Origin: Pyrodictiaceae archaeon
Lineage (GTDB): Archaea > Thermoproteota > Thermoprotei_A > Sulfolobales > Pyrodictiaceae
Assembly: GCA_027036135.1 (NCBI GenBank)
Contig: JALVSY010000002.1
Coordinates: 1-12,749 of the forward strand
Length of the DNA: 12,749 bases
Reading direction: 5' to 3'
Shown here: piece after piece, positions 1 to 8,761 of the stretch
Layout of the letters: the number at the start of each line of letters is the position of its first letter
How positions within the stretch are numbered: the first letter of the stretch is position 1
Notes under the pieces: model-generated
The model's input: only the letters and a program-made list of their open reading frames with translations
Told to the model about the DNA's origin: nothing
The model's database searches: none
Position numbers and translations under genes: made by a program

Positions 1-39
1 CAGGGGACTCTCCTAAGCTGTTCCGGGAGTGTCCTGGGC

Positions 40-126
40 GCCGGGGTGCCCGAGCGGTCTAAGGGGCCGGCCTGGAGAGCCGGTGGCCGCACGGCCGCGC
101 GGGTTCAAATCCCGCCCCCGGCGCCA
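40..126 (+). tRNA. tRNA-Ser(GGA), intron-less, CCA encoded
   Basis: Full cloverleaf: acceptor GCCGGGG(40-46)/CCCCGGC(116-122), anticodon stem CCGGC/GCCGG with GGA at 74-76, long variable arm, T arm GCGGG-TTCAAAT-CCCGC, discriminator G123, CCA 124-126. Confidence 0.98.
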
Positions 127-216
127 ATTCCACTTACACACTCCTCTCATTTCCTCTAACAATTCTTCGTTGCACACTCATTACACGAGACTGAAACATA
201 TAAGTGTGGTACACCG

Positions 217-1521
217 GTGTATAACGTATCTGGTACCTCTGTCTTGGAGTGGTATCATAAGCTTAACCTAGTAAGCATCGACAAGGATGCTAGGAGGCGA
301 ATTCTAGAGCATTGTGTAGATAAGTATGGGAAGAGAAAGGTTATGGAGAAGCTGGGTGTCAGCAAATCCACGCTCTGGCGCTACTTAGAGGGGAAGACAA
401 GCATACCCGATGAAAAACTCGTAACTCTTCTAGGCCTCATAAGCCGAGACGAATTCGAGAGAATACTTCCCGATGAGAAAGCACTAGAAGCGCTAGGAAT
501 AGTTAAGGACAATGGAGCTGTGAACTATAGGCTTGTATTAGCACTACTAAAGCTAATAGACAAAGACGAGTACCTGGCAAGCATAGTTATAAGGTATGTG
601 TTCAAAAGGCATAGACAGCTCGTACTAAGAATAATGGGGCTCACGCTACCCAGCGTAAAACTAGAGTGGACAAAGGAGTTCGAACAATATCTCAGAAAGG
701 GGAAGAAGGGCAAAAAGGTCAAGACAGACGAGCAGATAAGATACTATCGAAACCTATTTGCGAAATACTTCGAGGGCAAGGTGCTCAGCGAGGAATTGGT
801 TAGGGAGGTCTCGCAGCTAGATAATGGGTGGGCACGCACCCTCTTCCGTCACTACGCTAGATACCTCTACCGCATGCAGAGACTAGATATGAACCAGCTA
901 CAATGGATCCTAGAGATCGTGCCATCGAGGAGCTACGTCCAAGGCGTGGAGTCTTACCCGGTAACGGTAGACGATATTAGGAAGACGCTCGAGTACCTAG
1001 TAACGCGGCACTCTAGATACTACCTAGTATACAGGCTTATGCTAGAGAGCGGGGCAAGATTCCTCCACGTACTAAGAATGCTTAGCGACTGGAACCCCGA
1101 ACAATACGTCAGAATAAATAAGTACCTAAGCACTAAGAGACTCGTATGCTTCGACGACAAAGGCTTCTGCAGATACTTCATAGGGCTCAGGGAAAGCAAT
1201 AAGACACAGGAATGGATTTACTTCTCCCTTAAAACCCTTGAGATGCTACGAGAGAAGGGACTACTAGGGAAGAAAATACATAGGAAGAAGGTATGGGAGT
1301 ACGCAAAAAGACATAGACTTCTTCCACCAAAGATGGTTAGGAAGATAGCAACAGACCTAATGGACGAAGCCCTAGAGGACAGAGTAGTGCTATTCATACA
1401 GGGCAGGCTCGGAGAGCTAAGGATAAGGCCTAGCGACGCAGCTTACAGAAACCTACTACAAAGAAGTGATACCCAATACCCAAACTACTTAGAAAACCTA
1501 AAACGATACAACCTAATCTAA
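217..1521 (+). CDS. int: Tyrosine recombinase/integrase (archaeal SSV1-like catalytic domain) with N-terminal HTH
   Basis: HTH 'KVMEKLGVSKSTLWRYLEG'; catalytic motifs 'LMLESGAR' (R), 'PKMVRK' (KxxR), 'FIQGR', 'AAYRNL' (Tyr); lies 90 bp downstream of a tRNA. Start may be GTG 217 or TTG 244. Confidence 0.9.
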   Translation: MYNVSGTSVLEWYHKLNLVSIDKDARRRILEHCVDKYGKRKVMEKLGVSKSTLWRYLEGKTSIPDEKLVTLLGLISRDEFERILPDEKALEALGIVKDNGAVNYRLVLALLKLIDKDEYLASIVIRYVFKRHRQLVLRIMGLTLPSVKLEWTKEFEQYLRKGKKGKKVKTDEQIRYYRNLFAKYFEGKVLSEELVREVSQLDNGWARTLFRHYARYLYRMQRLDMNQLQWILEIVPSRSYVQGVESYPVTVDDIRKTLEYLVTRHSRYYLVYRLMLESGARFLHVLRMLSDWNPEQYVRINKYLSTKRLVCFDDKGFCRYFIGLRESNKTQEWIYFSLKTLEMLREKGLLGKKIHRKKVWEYAKRHRLLPPKMVRKIATDLMDEALEDRVVLFIQGRLGELRIRPSDAAYRNLLQRSDTQYPNYLENLKRYNLI

Positions 1522-1560
1522 TAATTTGACACGTTATCAGAACCCGAAGGCCTGGCTTCT

Positions 1561-2763
1561 TTATCCCAGCTCGCCGGGCAGGAACCCCGCGGCGCGTATC
1601 TCGAAGCCGTTCCCTGTCGTGCGGTACTCTATGACCTCTAGGGAGACGAGGCCCTTGGAGTGCATCCCGAGGCTCTGGCCCAGGGCGTAGGGGATGGTGA
1701 GGTCGAGTACCACTATGGTGCCGTTAACCGCTACCCCGGCGACAGCGTGGCTCCAGTCTAGCCTCTTGTTCCAGTATATGACGAGGTAGGAGGGGGACAC
1801 GTTGAGCGCCTCCAGCGCAGCGGCTGTGAACACGGCGTAGTCGGAGCAGATCCCCCTCCTGGTTCTCAGGAACATCTCCGGGGACTCAACGCCCGGCGAC
1901 CACGGCTTCCTGACCTTCTCCCTCCAGTACCTTGCGTTCTCCTGTAGCCAGAGCCCGACGCCGTAGAGTACCCCTAGTGCGCGGGGCCCCCTGCACCCTG
2001 CTACCCCCTTCGCGGCCCAGGGGGCGAGCACGGCCCTCAGCTCGGCGAGGGTCTGGTTCGTGACCCTCTCCAGGGCCTCCACCTCGTCGCCCCGGTCGCC
2101 CCAGTCTGCGTCGTAGAAGAATCTCGTCGGGTGGTAGTCGAAGTTCAGTAGCACTAGGCCCCGTGGCGTCACGTTGAAGTCCACTATCCCCACGTGCCCG
2201 GAGTCGAGTATCTCCAGGCTCGCGGGCAGGGACTCGTTGACCCGGGGCAGGGGCAGCTTGTACACCATGTAGGCGTACGTCTCGTTAACGTAGGCGTAGG
2301 CCGGGGCGACCATGACCGTGCCGCGGTGCTTGAGCCAGAGGTCAGCATAGAGCCCGGGGCCTATCTGCCTCCCCCTCCTCTCGTACACGATGAAGCCCTT
2401 GTCGGTGAGCGCCACCGTGGCTCTGCCCTTCCGCAGCACCTTGACGGGCCTGCCCGTGTCCGGGGGGCTGCGTAGCCTCTCCAGCACCTTCTCGGAGACC
2501 TTGTCGCGGAGCGGCACCGTGACGCCCCCGCAGCTAGCGAGCCACCGGGGCCCCTTAGCGGTAGTGGTTGTGCCCGCTGCGTGCTTCTCGGTGAGCATCC
2601 GGAGGGCCTCGTTCACGGGGACAGCGCTAGTCCTGGGGCGGGGTAGCCCTGGGTAGGGAGAGGAGCCGAGATAATAGACCACGAAGCCGATAACAACGCC
2701 CAGTAGGACTGCGAGCACTAGGGCCCAGCGCATACCGGGACCCAGTACAATAGGGCTGCTCAT
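1561..2763 (-). CDS. Membrane-anchored/secreted transglutaminase-like cysteine protease domain protein
   Basis: N-terminal hydrophobic helix 'WALVLAVLLGVVIGFVVYYL'; Cys-His-Asp triad in 'GICSDYAVFTAAAL', 'WSHAVAGV', 'VLDLT'. Confidence 0.88.
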   Translation of the reverse strand: MSSPIVLGPGMRWALVLAVLLGVVIGFVVYYLGSSPYPGLPRPRTSAVPVNEALRMLTEKHAAGTTTTAKGPRWLASCGGVTVPLRDKVSEKVLERLRSPPDTGRPVKVLRKGRATVALTDKGFIVYERRGRQIGPGLYADLWLKHRGTVMVAPAYAYVNETYAYMVYKLPLPRVNESLPASLEILDSGHVGIVDFNVTPRGLVLLNFDYHPTRFFYDADWGDRGDEVEALERVTNQTLAELRAVLAPWAAKGVAGCRGPRALGVLYGVGLWLQENARYWREKVRKPWSPGVESPEMFLRTRRGICSDYAVFTAAALEALNVSPSYLVIYWNKRLDWSHAVAGVAVNGTIVVLDLTIPYALGQSLGMHSKGLVSLEVIEYRTTGNGFEIRAAGFLPGELG

Positions 2764-2771
2764 AGACTAGC

Positions 2772-3230
2772 CTAAGTGGTCTCCGGCTTTCCTAGGTACT
2801 TGTGTAGTAGGCGGCTCGGCGGGTAGCGGCCCTTCTCGAAGTACTTGTAGAGCTCTACGGCCCTCCCGCCCGCATCGGCCAGTATCCCGGCCACTTCTCT
2901 CCTTAGCTCGGTCTCCGCGAGTGGCGTGGTCCCGCAGACGATGGCTAGGCAGCCGCGCTCCCTGGCGTAGCGGAGGAGCTTCCCCACCACGAACACTCCC
3001 TTCGCGTCGCGCTCCGCGAGCACGATTATCCTGCCCCTCCTCCAGAGCACGGCTATGATGCCCTCCTTGTAAGCCGTGGTGTTCCTGTACAGCAAGGCCC
3101 TGATTTTGCCTGGCGTGGTGTTGCAGAACAGGGTGACAACGAACACGAGTCCACCACCCCCTGGAATATACAAAGAGAGAAAGTCTACTTTAAATCTGAG
3201 CACATGATTGGAAAACCTGCCTTGTGTCAT
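2772..3230 (-). CDS. Hypothetical protein (true start possibly GTG at 3146)
   Basis: Stops 8 bp before the transglutaminase start and shares its codon style. GGGGGTGG SD-like motif precedes GTG 3146; the upstream part is AT-richer and promoter-like. Confidence 0.6.
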   Translation of the reverse strand: MTQGRFSNHVLRFKVDFLSLYIPGGGGLVFVVTLFCNTTPGKIRALLYRNTTAYKEGIIAVLWRRGRIIVLAERDAKGVFVVGKLLRYARERGCLAIVCGTTPLAETELRREVAGILADAGGRAVELYKYFEKGRYPPSRLLHKYLGKPETT

Positions 3231-3703
3231 CCCTCTGAGAGCTGTCCTTTATGGCCCGGAGGCAAAGGGTTCCTCTCCGTCCCGGAGACCATGCCGGCGA
3301 TGACGCGCCCATCATCAACATTCAAATCCGTGAGGGGTGCTACCCAGTAGTCCGCGATGCCGGTGAGCGCGCCTCTCCTCCTCACCGACCTTATCGCCCT
3401 CAGCACCTTGGAGCGTGCCTCCATGCTGCTCGCGAGGAGGAGCAGGGCCCGGCGCGGCGACCGTAGCCCCACGGCCCCAGCCGTCACCTGCCCGGGCAAG
3501 CATGCTAGAAGGCACGACGTGGTGCCGGGCCAGGGCACATCCAGGGTGAACTCGTAGAGCCCCCAGGCACCAGGCCCCGCCAGCCACGAACACCGGGGGA
3601 GGAGCCCGGAGACCCACCCGCTTGGCGTGAAGGGCCGCCACGTAGCACCGACGTGCACCCGGGCAGCATAGAGCCCCGGCACCCTCCGGAACAAGCCCGT
3701 CAA
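3227..3703 (-). CDS. Hypothetical protein
   Basis: 158-aa ORF co-oriented with the two downstream genes, ATGA overlap at 3227-3230. No family recognised and competing frames exist. Confidence 0.4.
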   Translation of the reverse strand: MTGLFRRVPGLYAARVHVGATWRPFTPSGWVSGLLPRCSWLAGPGAWGLYEFTLDVPWPGTTSCLLACLPGQVTAGAVGLRSPRRALLLLASSMEARSKVLRAIRSVRRRGALTGIADYWVAPLTDLNVDDGRVIAGMVSGTERNPLPPGHKGQLSEG

Positions 3704-4007
3704 TACACATAGTGGTTACTAGGAGCAAGCCCCCGGCACACAACAAAGCCCCGCCCAGCACCATGCCGGCACAATACTACTAGTATAGACGTAGAATGCC
3801 TGGGAAGAGGCACCCCCGGGGAGGGGGTGGGTCATCGGAGCCCTTCTACGCTTAGTAGTAGAGTATTGTACCGCTATGGTGGATCCGGCGGTGTCTGTGG
3901 CGCGGGTGGCATCTGCCTAGGGCGAGGATAGCGGCCCGGTGCCGGCGCCTGGGCCGGCTTGGAGCAAGAGGAGCGGGTTTCGGGGATGGCGGCGCTCCCT
4001 TGCCTAA

Positions 4008-4015
4008 TTTAAAAA
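4008..4015 (+). promoter_or_regulatory. TATA box of helicase-like gene
   Basis: TTTAAAAA ending 31 bp before ATG 4046 in an otherwise GC-rich region. Confidence 0.6.
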
Positions 4016-4045
4016 GAGTGATGGGGGGTTGTCTAAGGGGCCTCT

Positions 4046-7000
4046 ATGACTACGTCTGTAGCTAGTGCTCCGCAGATTGGTAGTCCCGATTCTGTTTATA
4101 AAATTGGCAAGGAGGTTCTCCGGAAAGCTCCTTCATGGATACGGAAAATCTATACCAAGAGGCTCGGCAAAGTCGAGATCGTGGCCGCCGACCCCAAGCG
4201 CTTGTTCGATCATAACACATTGGTTGGTCTGAGCTGGAAGCTCGCACACATGAGGGTCAGTAAGGAGCTTCCCGATGGCGCAAAGTACTTCATGCAGCAA
4301 ATACATGGCAGCATGAAGATGGATAGTCTCGAACTAGTCATTGCCAACCCCCGGATGGGGAAAGACCTCGGCGCCTCCCACGGCTTAATATGGTGGCTGG
4401 TAGAGAAGGATTTGAAGAACTACACCGTCCTAGTAGTTGTCCCGAATCGGCATGTGGCTTCGAGCATGTACCACTACTTCGTGGAGGCATGGATAAGGGT
4501 ACCAAGGGAGATCAGGAGCAGGCTAGAGGAGTCCAGCGAGGAGATAAGAGAATGCATTAATGCATGCCTTGCGGAGAAGCGGAGGCTGTTATGCAGGGGC
4601 AAGATGTGGTGCCCGGGTTTCGACGAGAAGATACACGTTCACGAGAAGGATTGTAGAGATAAGTGCATCCAGGACCTTGGCTTGCCCGCCAGCTTTACGA
4701 GAAAAGAGATGACGAACCATGTACGAATCCGGCTATACCTTGGAGGAGAGAATAGCTGCCTCCTCGGCAAGCACGAGCACTACTATCATCGTGATTGTCG
4801 AAGGTGCCCCATAAGAATGGAATGGGAGAAGGTGAGGAAGAGGCGCAAGAACCCTCTCCCAGTCGTGCCCTTCCTTGACCCCTGGATGCTCAAACTCTCA
4901 GGCTACTGCCCCTTCCTAGCATCTTTTGATAAAAACTTCTGGTACAAAAGCATAGTAATACTAAACTACGATGCCCTACCATTTGCCCTGGAGCAGATAA
5001 AAAGGCACAGGATAAGACGAGTAATCCTCTACATTGTTGAGTACCATGCATTCATAGACAAGATGACGGGGAGCATAAGGAAGCTCGATTGTGACATGTT
5101 CAGCGATGGCGAGGAAAAGGAGCTCTGCGAGGAGTACAACAAGTTGGTAGACAAGCTCAACGAGGCCATCAGGAAAGAGATAAGGGAGAGAATAGGGGAG
5201 AGAACCGAGGTTGAGGCAGCTAGCCTATACCAAGTAGTGCGCGGCTGGGCGGTTCTCCCCGAATCAGAGGGATACAGCGTCTTTGTCGAAGCCGAGGAGG
5301 AGGGAAGAAGGATTCTGAGAAAGTTGATAGCGAGAACCCGAAGCAGGAGCATAGCAGCCATGTTGGAGAGGAGACTCTTCCAGCACGCTCTGGTATCGGG
5401 TATTTATAGCACAGGGACCGGAGCTAGTATTACTGCTGCAATCCCCTACCTCGGTGATGACGGAGCCACTATCATCGGGGCCCCGGGCTCCGTGCTGGCA
5501 AGGCTTGTCAACGAGCTACGGGACGCAGGCATAGATGTTTCTGTTATCGGTACAACGGTCAGACCCCCAATGGTCAAGGCGAGTGACCTCAGCCCGGTAC
5601 CCTATATCGTGGCTCCCCCGATGCGCTGCATCGATATACATTTCCGCCATGTATCTAAGATAGTTGACGTAGTAAAAGTGAACGCGAAAGGAAACCCTGC
5701 CGAGAAGAAGGAGGCTACACGGTTGATAGCGAGAGCCCTAAGCATAGTCGACGAGCTTGATGGGAGAACCGTTGTATTGCTAAACAAGGAGCTAGTACTG
5801 AAGCTTACAAGGCTCCTCGTCGAGAACGGATACGTGCTGAGAACAAAGGAGTGGCTTAAGGCGATCAACCCAAGTAGTTCTGCCAAGGAGTTCATCAAGG
5901 GCGTTATAGAGGTTCATGGAGATAGTGAGCGGAATGTCATAGACTACGTGGTTGTGAAGAAGTATTTTGCAGCGCTAAGCCCGGAGGAGTACAGAGAGAT
6001 TCTCGAGGATACTGATGAGAATGGGTTAGTGTGGAAGGAGATACTGTTAATGAATATTCATGGCCGCATGTCTATGGGCATAGATCCCCCGATACTCGAC
6101 GTCGACAACATCGTCCTACTCGCTGGGTTACGCTCAAGGCTAAGGAAGTGCCTCCCGATACCCGGTAGGCCTGGCAGGTTCCTCCGTGCTACGCTTGCCG
6201 CGGGTAAACCTGTTATCTGGTATGATTTTGAGGGCCTTGACCCAGAGATCGTGGTCATCGATAATGGGAAGTGCGTGAGAGTCTACGACTATTACGACTT
6301 TAACCGAGATCTTCACGACTTCGAGCAGGTCATTGGGAGATGGATGAGGGTTAGGAAGAGGATCGTGATAGTTGCTAGCTCGAAGTACTACGAGTACCTG
6401 CTGAAAAGCATATACTATGCTACAAGGGGTATGGTTGAGGGCTTGTTGATGAAAACTAATAGAACAGCTAGCGATAAAGTGCGGAGAGACCTTGACGCGA
6501 TGGTTGAGGAGGATAGAGAGAATGTAATGAAGTTGCTGAGGGAGAGTAAGGAGAATATGAAAGATATTGCCATGAGTAATAGGGGCTATGTTCTCTTCGA
6601 GAACCGGGAACTAAGATACAGGGTGCAACGCATCTACGGCAAGCGTGTTGCTATAAGGAATAGGAGGGTTACAATAACGATACCTAGAGGCTACAACAAG
6701 TTAGACGAGATAGTGAGAGACCTGATTGACCCGGAGTGGTTGGAGAAGCGAATACAGGAGATTATGTATAAGAAATATCGGAGCCTTAACAACTACTATA
6801 GCGCTCTTAGATTTGTCAAGAAGCAGCTCAAGTATAAGAACCTGCCTAGGCACCGGCTTGGTATGATTCCGCGGATCATTAGAGGTATTATCCGAGGATT
6901 CGAGTACGCTGCTGAGCATGGCAAAGAGGTTCCCACTGGGCTGAGGAAATTATTCAGGACTTATATCGAGGAGGGACCGCGGGCAGTGGCGGAGAGGCTT

Positions 7001-7096
7001 GCCGAAGAAATACTACTAAGCGCGCACCCCGAGACCAGGCCCCGTGTCATGTCCGTGCTGAGAAGAGCGCTGCTACCAATACCATTGCTTGGCTGA
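4046..7096 (+). CDS. Divergent SF2 helicase-like protein, XPD/Rad3/DinG family, with probable FeS domain
   Basis: Motifs in correct order: I 'ANPRMGKD', Ia 'VLVVVPNRHVA', FeS-type cysteines 'GGENSC..CRRC..GYCPF', 'IVILNYDAL', II 'IVEYH', V 'GRMSMGID', VI 'EQVIGRWMR'. Confidence 0.78.
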   Translation: MTTSVASAPQIGSPDSVYKIGKEVLRKAPSWIRKIYTKRLGKVEIVAADPKRLFDHNTLVGLSWKLAHMRVSKELPDGAKYFMQQIHGSMKMDSLELVIANPRMGKDLGASHGLIWWLVEKDLKNYTVLVVVPNRHVASSMYHYFVEAWIRVPREIRSRLEESSEEIRECINACLAEKRRLLCRGKMWCPGFDEKIHVHEKDCRDKCIQDLGLPASFTRKEMTNHVRIRLYLGGENSCLLGKHEHYYHRDCRRCPIRMEWEKVRKRRKNPLPVVPFLDPWMLKLSGYCPFLASFDKNFWYKSIVILNYDALPFALEQIKRHRIRRVILYIVEYHAFIDKMTGSIRKLDCDMFSDGEEKELCEEYNKLVDKLNEAIRKEIRERIGERTEVEAASLYQVVRGWAVLPESEGYSVFVEAEEEGRRILRKLIARTRSRSIAAMLERRLFQHALVSGIYSTGTGASITAAIPYLGDDGATIIGAPGSVLARLVNELRDAGIDVSVIGTTVRPPMVKASDLSPVPYIVAPPMRCIDIHFRHVSKIVDVVKVNAKGNPAEKKEATRLIARALSIVDELDGRTVVLLNKELVLKLTRLLVENGYVLRTKEWLKAINPSSSAKEFIKGVIEVHGDSERNVIDYVVVKKYFAALSPEEYREILEDTDENGLVWKEILLMNIHGRMSMGIDPPILDVDNIVLLAGLRSRLRKCLPIPGRPGRFLRATLAAGKPVIWYDFEGLDPEIVVIDNGKCVRVYDYYDFNRDLHDFEQVIGRWMRVRKRIVIVASSKYYEYLLKSIYYATRGMVEGLLMKTNRTASDKVRRDLDAMVEEDRENVMKLLRESKENMKDIAMSNRGYVLFENRELRYRVQRIYGKRVAIRNRRVTITIPRGYNKLDEIVRDLIDPEWLEKRIQEIMYKKYRSLNNYYSALRFVKKQLKYKNLPRHRLGMIPRIIRGIIRGFEYAAEHGKEVPTGLRKLFRTYIEEGPRAVAERLAEEILLSAHPETRPRVMSVLRRALLPIPLLG

Positions 7097-7368
7097 AAGG
7101 AGTCCTTCCGACTAGTTATAGCGGGTAATACCGGGGATCCTAGGCGGAAGAGGTTCTGGCAAGAACCCTGCATGGAACCCGGCTTTTGTTGCCCGGATCC
7201 CTGGCCAGAGTAGGGAGCGATAGGTTTATCCACTGCCACGCAGCTATCCTACTACATGGCCCGCGGGCTCAGGGTCAGCGTTAAGTCCGCTCTTCACGGA
7301 TCCGATCCTGCCGTGCTCATCATCCCCGCGGGCCTCCTCTCTTCAACAATGTTCTTTAGACAAGGAGC

Positions 7369-8403
7369 CTAGGAGAACTTCGAGAAGTACGGCTCATCGT
7401 TCTCTGCATCAACGTGTACTACTCCGACGATGTTGCGCTTGATAGACTTGTTGGACTCGGTTAGCGGGGCTGGTAGTTGCCCATATTCCCACCTAGTGCT
7501 GGCCTCGTACAAAGTGATCGTATCTGTGTAGAAGTCTCTGAGGCTGACAGAGATTACTCCATTACTGTAGTTGATATAGATTACCACTGGCTCTGATTCC
7601 CTTATGTATCCTAGCTCTTTCATCACGTAGGCCAGGCTCCGGGCCCATGTCCACGAGTACGGCCCCCTAATGAAGATTTGCTTGATAATCCTTGATGCTC
7701 TCTCGTGGCCCAGTATGTGCCATGCCATTATCCCTTCTGTGTATCCTAGCTTACGTAGGAGCTTGGCTACTGGCTTTGAGCTGACTATGTGGAATCTATC
7801 TGTCTTTGGCTCGTAGTAAATAAACTTGTCACGGTACCACAGCCATAGAACACCATTCTCTCTTACCGGGAGAAGAGTGTGGACAAGCAGGTCGAGCGCA
7901 GCCGTTCTGTCACGTCTCCCTATGAGCTTCTTTGCTTCGCTTAGCACTCTTTGCAGATAGTACTCGGCTCCACGAGGAATAACTCTTCTTGGCGGGGGGA
8001 TATGCCTTACCTGTGTACTATATACTAGTCTGCGCTGCGCTCCTTTTCTTCCTGCCCTGCTCCTCCTAGAGTCGAATAGGTCGAGTGTGTCTGAGAACTT
8101 CTTTAGAGCAATTATCTTGTTGCTCTCTATTCTTATGAGGCCTTTTCTCTCAAGCATTCTTAGCTGCTTAGTTATTGTTGCTTGGTGTACCTTCCTGCCA
8201 GTAATGGCCTCGTATAGCTTCTTTGCTTTTGCCGGGTCTAGGGGCTTGCCTCTTGAAGAAAGGAGATAGATTGTGTAGTAGAGTGCTGCCTGTATAGAGT
8301 AGTGTCTTGCAACTCTCTTCGCGGTAGCGAGTAGTCGTTGCAGAGATAATTCTCTATTGGTGTCCCATTCCCAGCCAATACTTGCACGGCGTTGCTCTTG
8401 CAC
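7369..8403 (-). CDS. Basic winged-helix domain protein, unknown function
   Basis: wHTH-like 'HQATITKQLRMLERKGLIRIE'; GTG start 4 bp after the upstream stop with GGAG nearby; Arg/Lys rich. Confidence 0.75.
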   Translation of the reverse strand: MQEQRRASIGWEWDTNRELSLQRLLATAKRVARHYSIQAALYYTIYLLSSRGKPLDPAKAKKLYEAITGRKVHQATITKQLRMLERKGLIRIESNKIIALKKFSDTLDLFDSRRSRAGRKGAQRRLVYSTQVRHIPPPRRVIPRGAEYYLQRVLSEAKKLIGRRDRTAALDLLVHTLLPVRENGVLWLWYRDKFIYYEPKTDRFHIVSSKPVAKLLRKLGYTEGIMAWHILGHERASRIIKQIFIRGPYSWTWARSLAYVMKELGYIRESEPVVIYINYSNGVISVSLRDFYTDTITLYEASTRWEYGQLPAPLTESNKSIKRNIVGVVHVDAENDEPYFSKFS

Positions 8404-8407
8404 ACTC

Positions 8408-8761
8408 CTATACCCCCATTCGTCCTAGTAGCTCCTCGATAGTCCTTGCTATTCTCTCCGATTCCCTCTTCCTAAGCTCGTTTATGACTAGCCGGGCTGT
8501 CTTTGTATCAGCTATGCTCCAGAGGATTCGCCCCGATACGGGGTCTCGGTAGGCCCGTAGTACTCCCCATTTCTCTAGTTTCCTGCACAGATAGTTCACA
8601 TAACCCGTTGATAGCCCTAGCCTCTCGGCAAGCTCCCCGTTACCCATTAACCTGTTACTCGCAAGCAACGATACTACTCCGGCTAATCTGTCATCGCTGA
8701 GTACCCGGAGAACAACCATACCCGGCTCATACTTTACTCTACGAGTCCTCCTCCTAGGCAT
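8408..8761 (-). CDS. ArsR/MarR-like winged-helix regulator (117 aa, start revised from 8833)
   Basis: 'NGELAERLGLSTGYVNYLCRKLEKWGVL' HTH. ATG 8761 (MPRRRTRR) has GCGGAG upstream and a TTTTTAATAT TATA-like box about 30 bp upstream. Confidence 0.82.
   Translation of the reverse strand: MPRRRTRRVKYEPGMVVLRVLSDDRLAGVVSLLASNRLMGNGELAERLGLSTGYVNYLCRKLEKWGVLRAYRDPVSGRILWSIADTKTARLVINELRKRESERIARTIEELLGRMGV

Noticed and set aside
29-271. 80-aa ORF over the tRNA (RGFKSRPRR) as a gene or integrase fragment
   Set aside because: It is the tRNA read as codons and is in a different frame from the integrase.
4552-4565. 14-bp palindrome ATGCATTAATGCAT
   Set aside because: Inside the helicase CDS, explained by the codons of ECINAC, with no supporting context.
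4046-7096. Calling the large ORF Cas3 or a class 2 effector
   Set aside because: No HD, RuvC, HNH or HEPN motifs recognised; motif order fits XPD/DinG.
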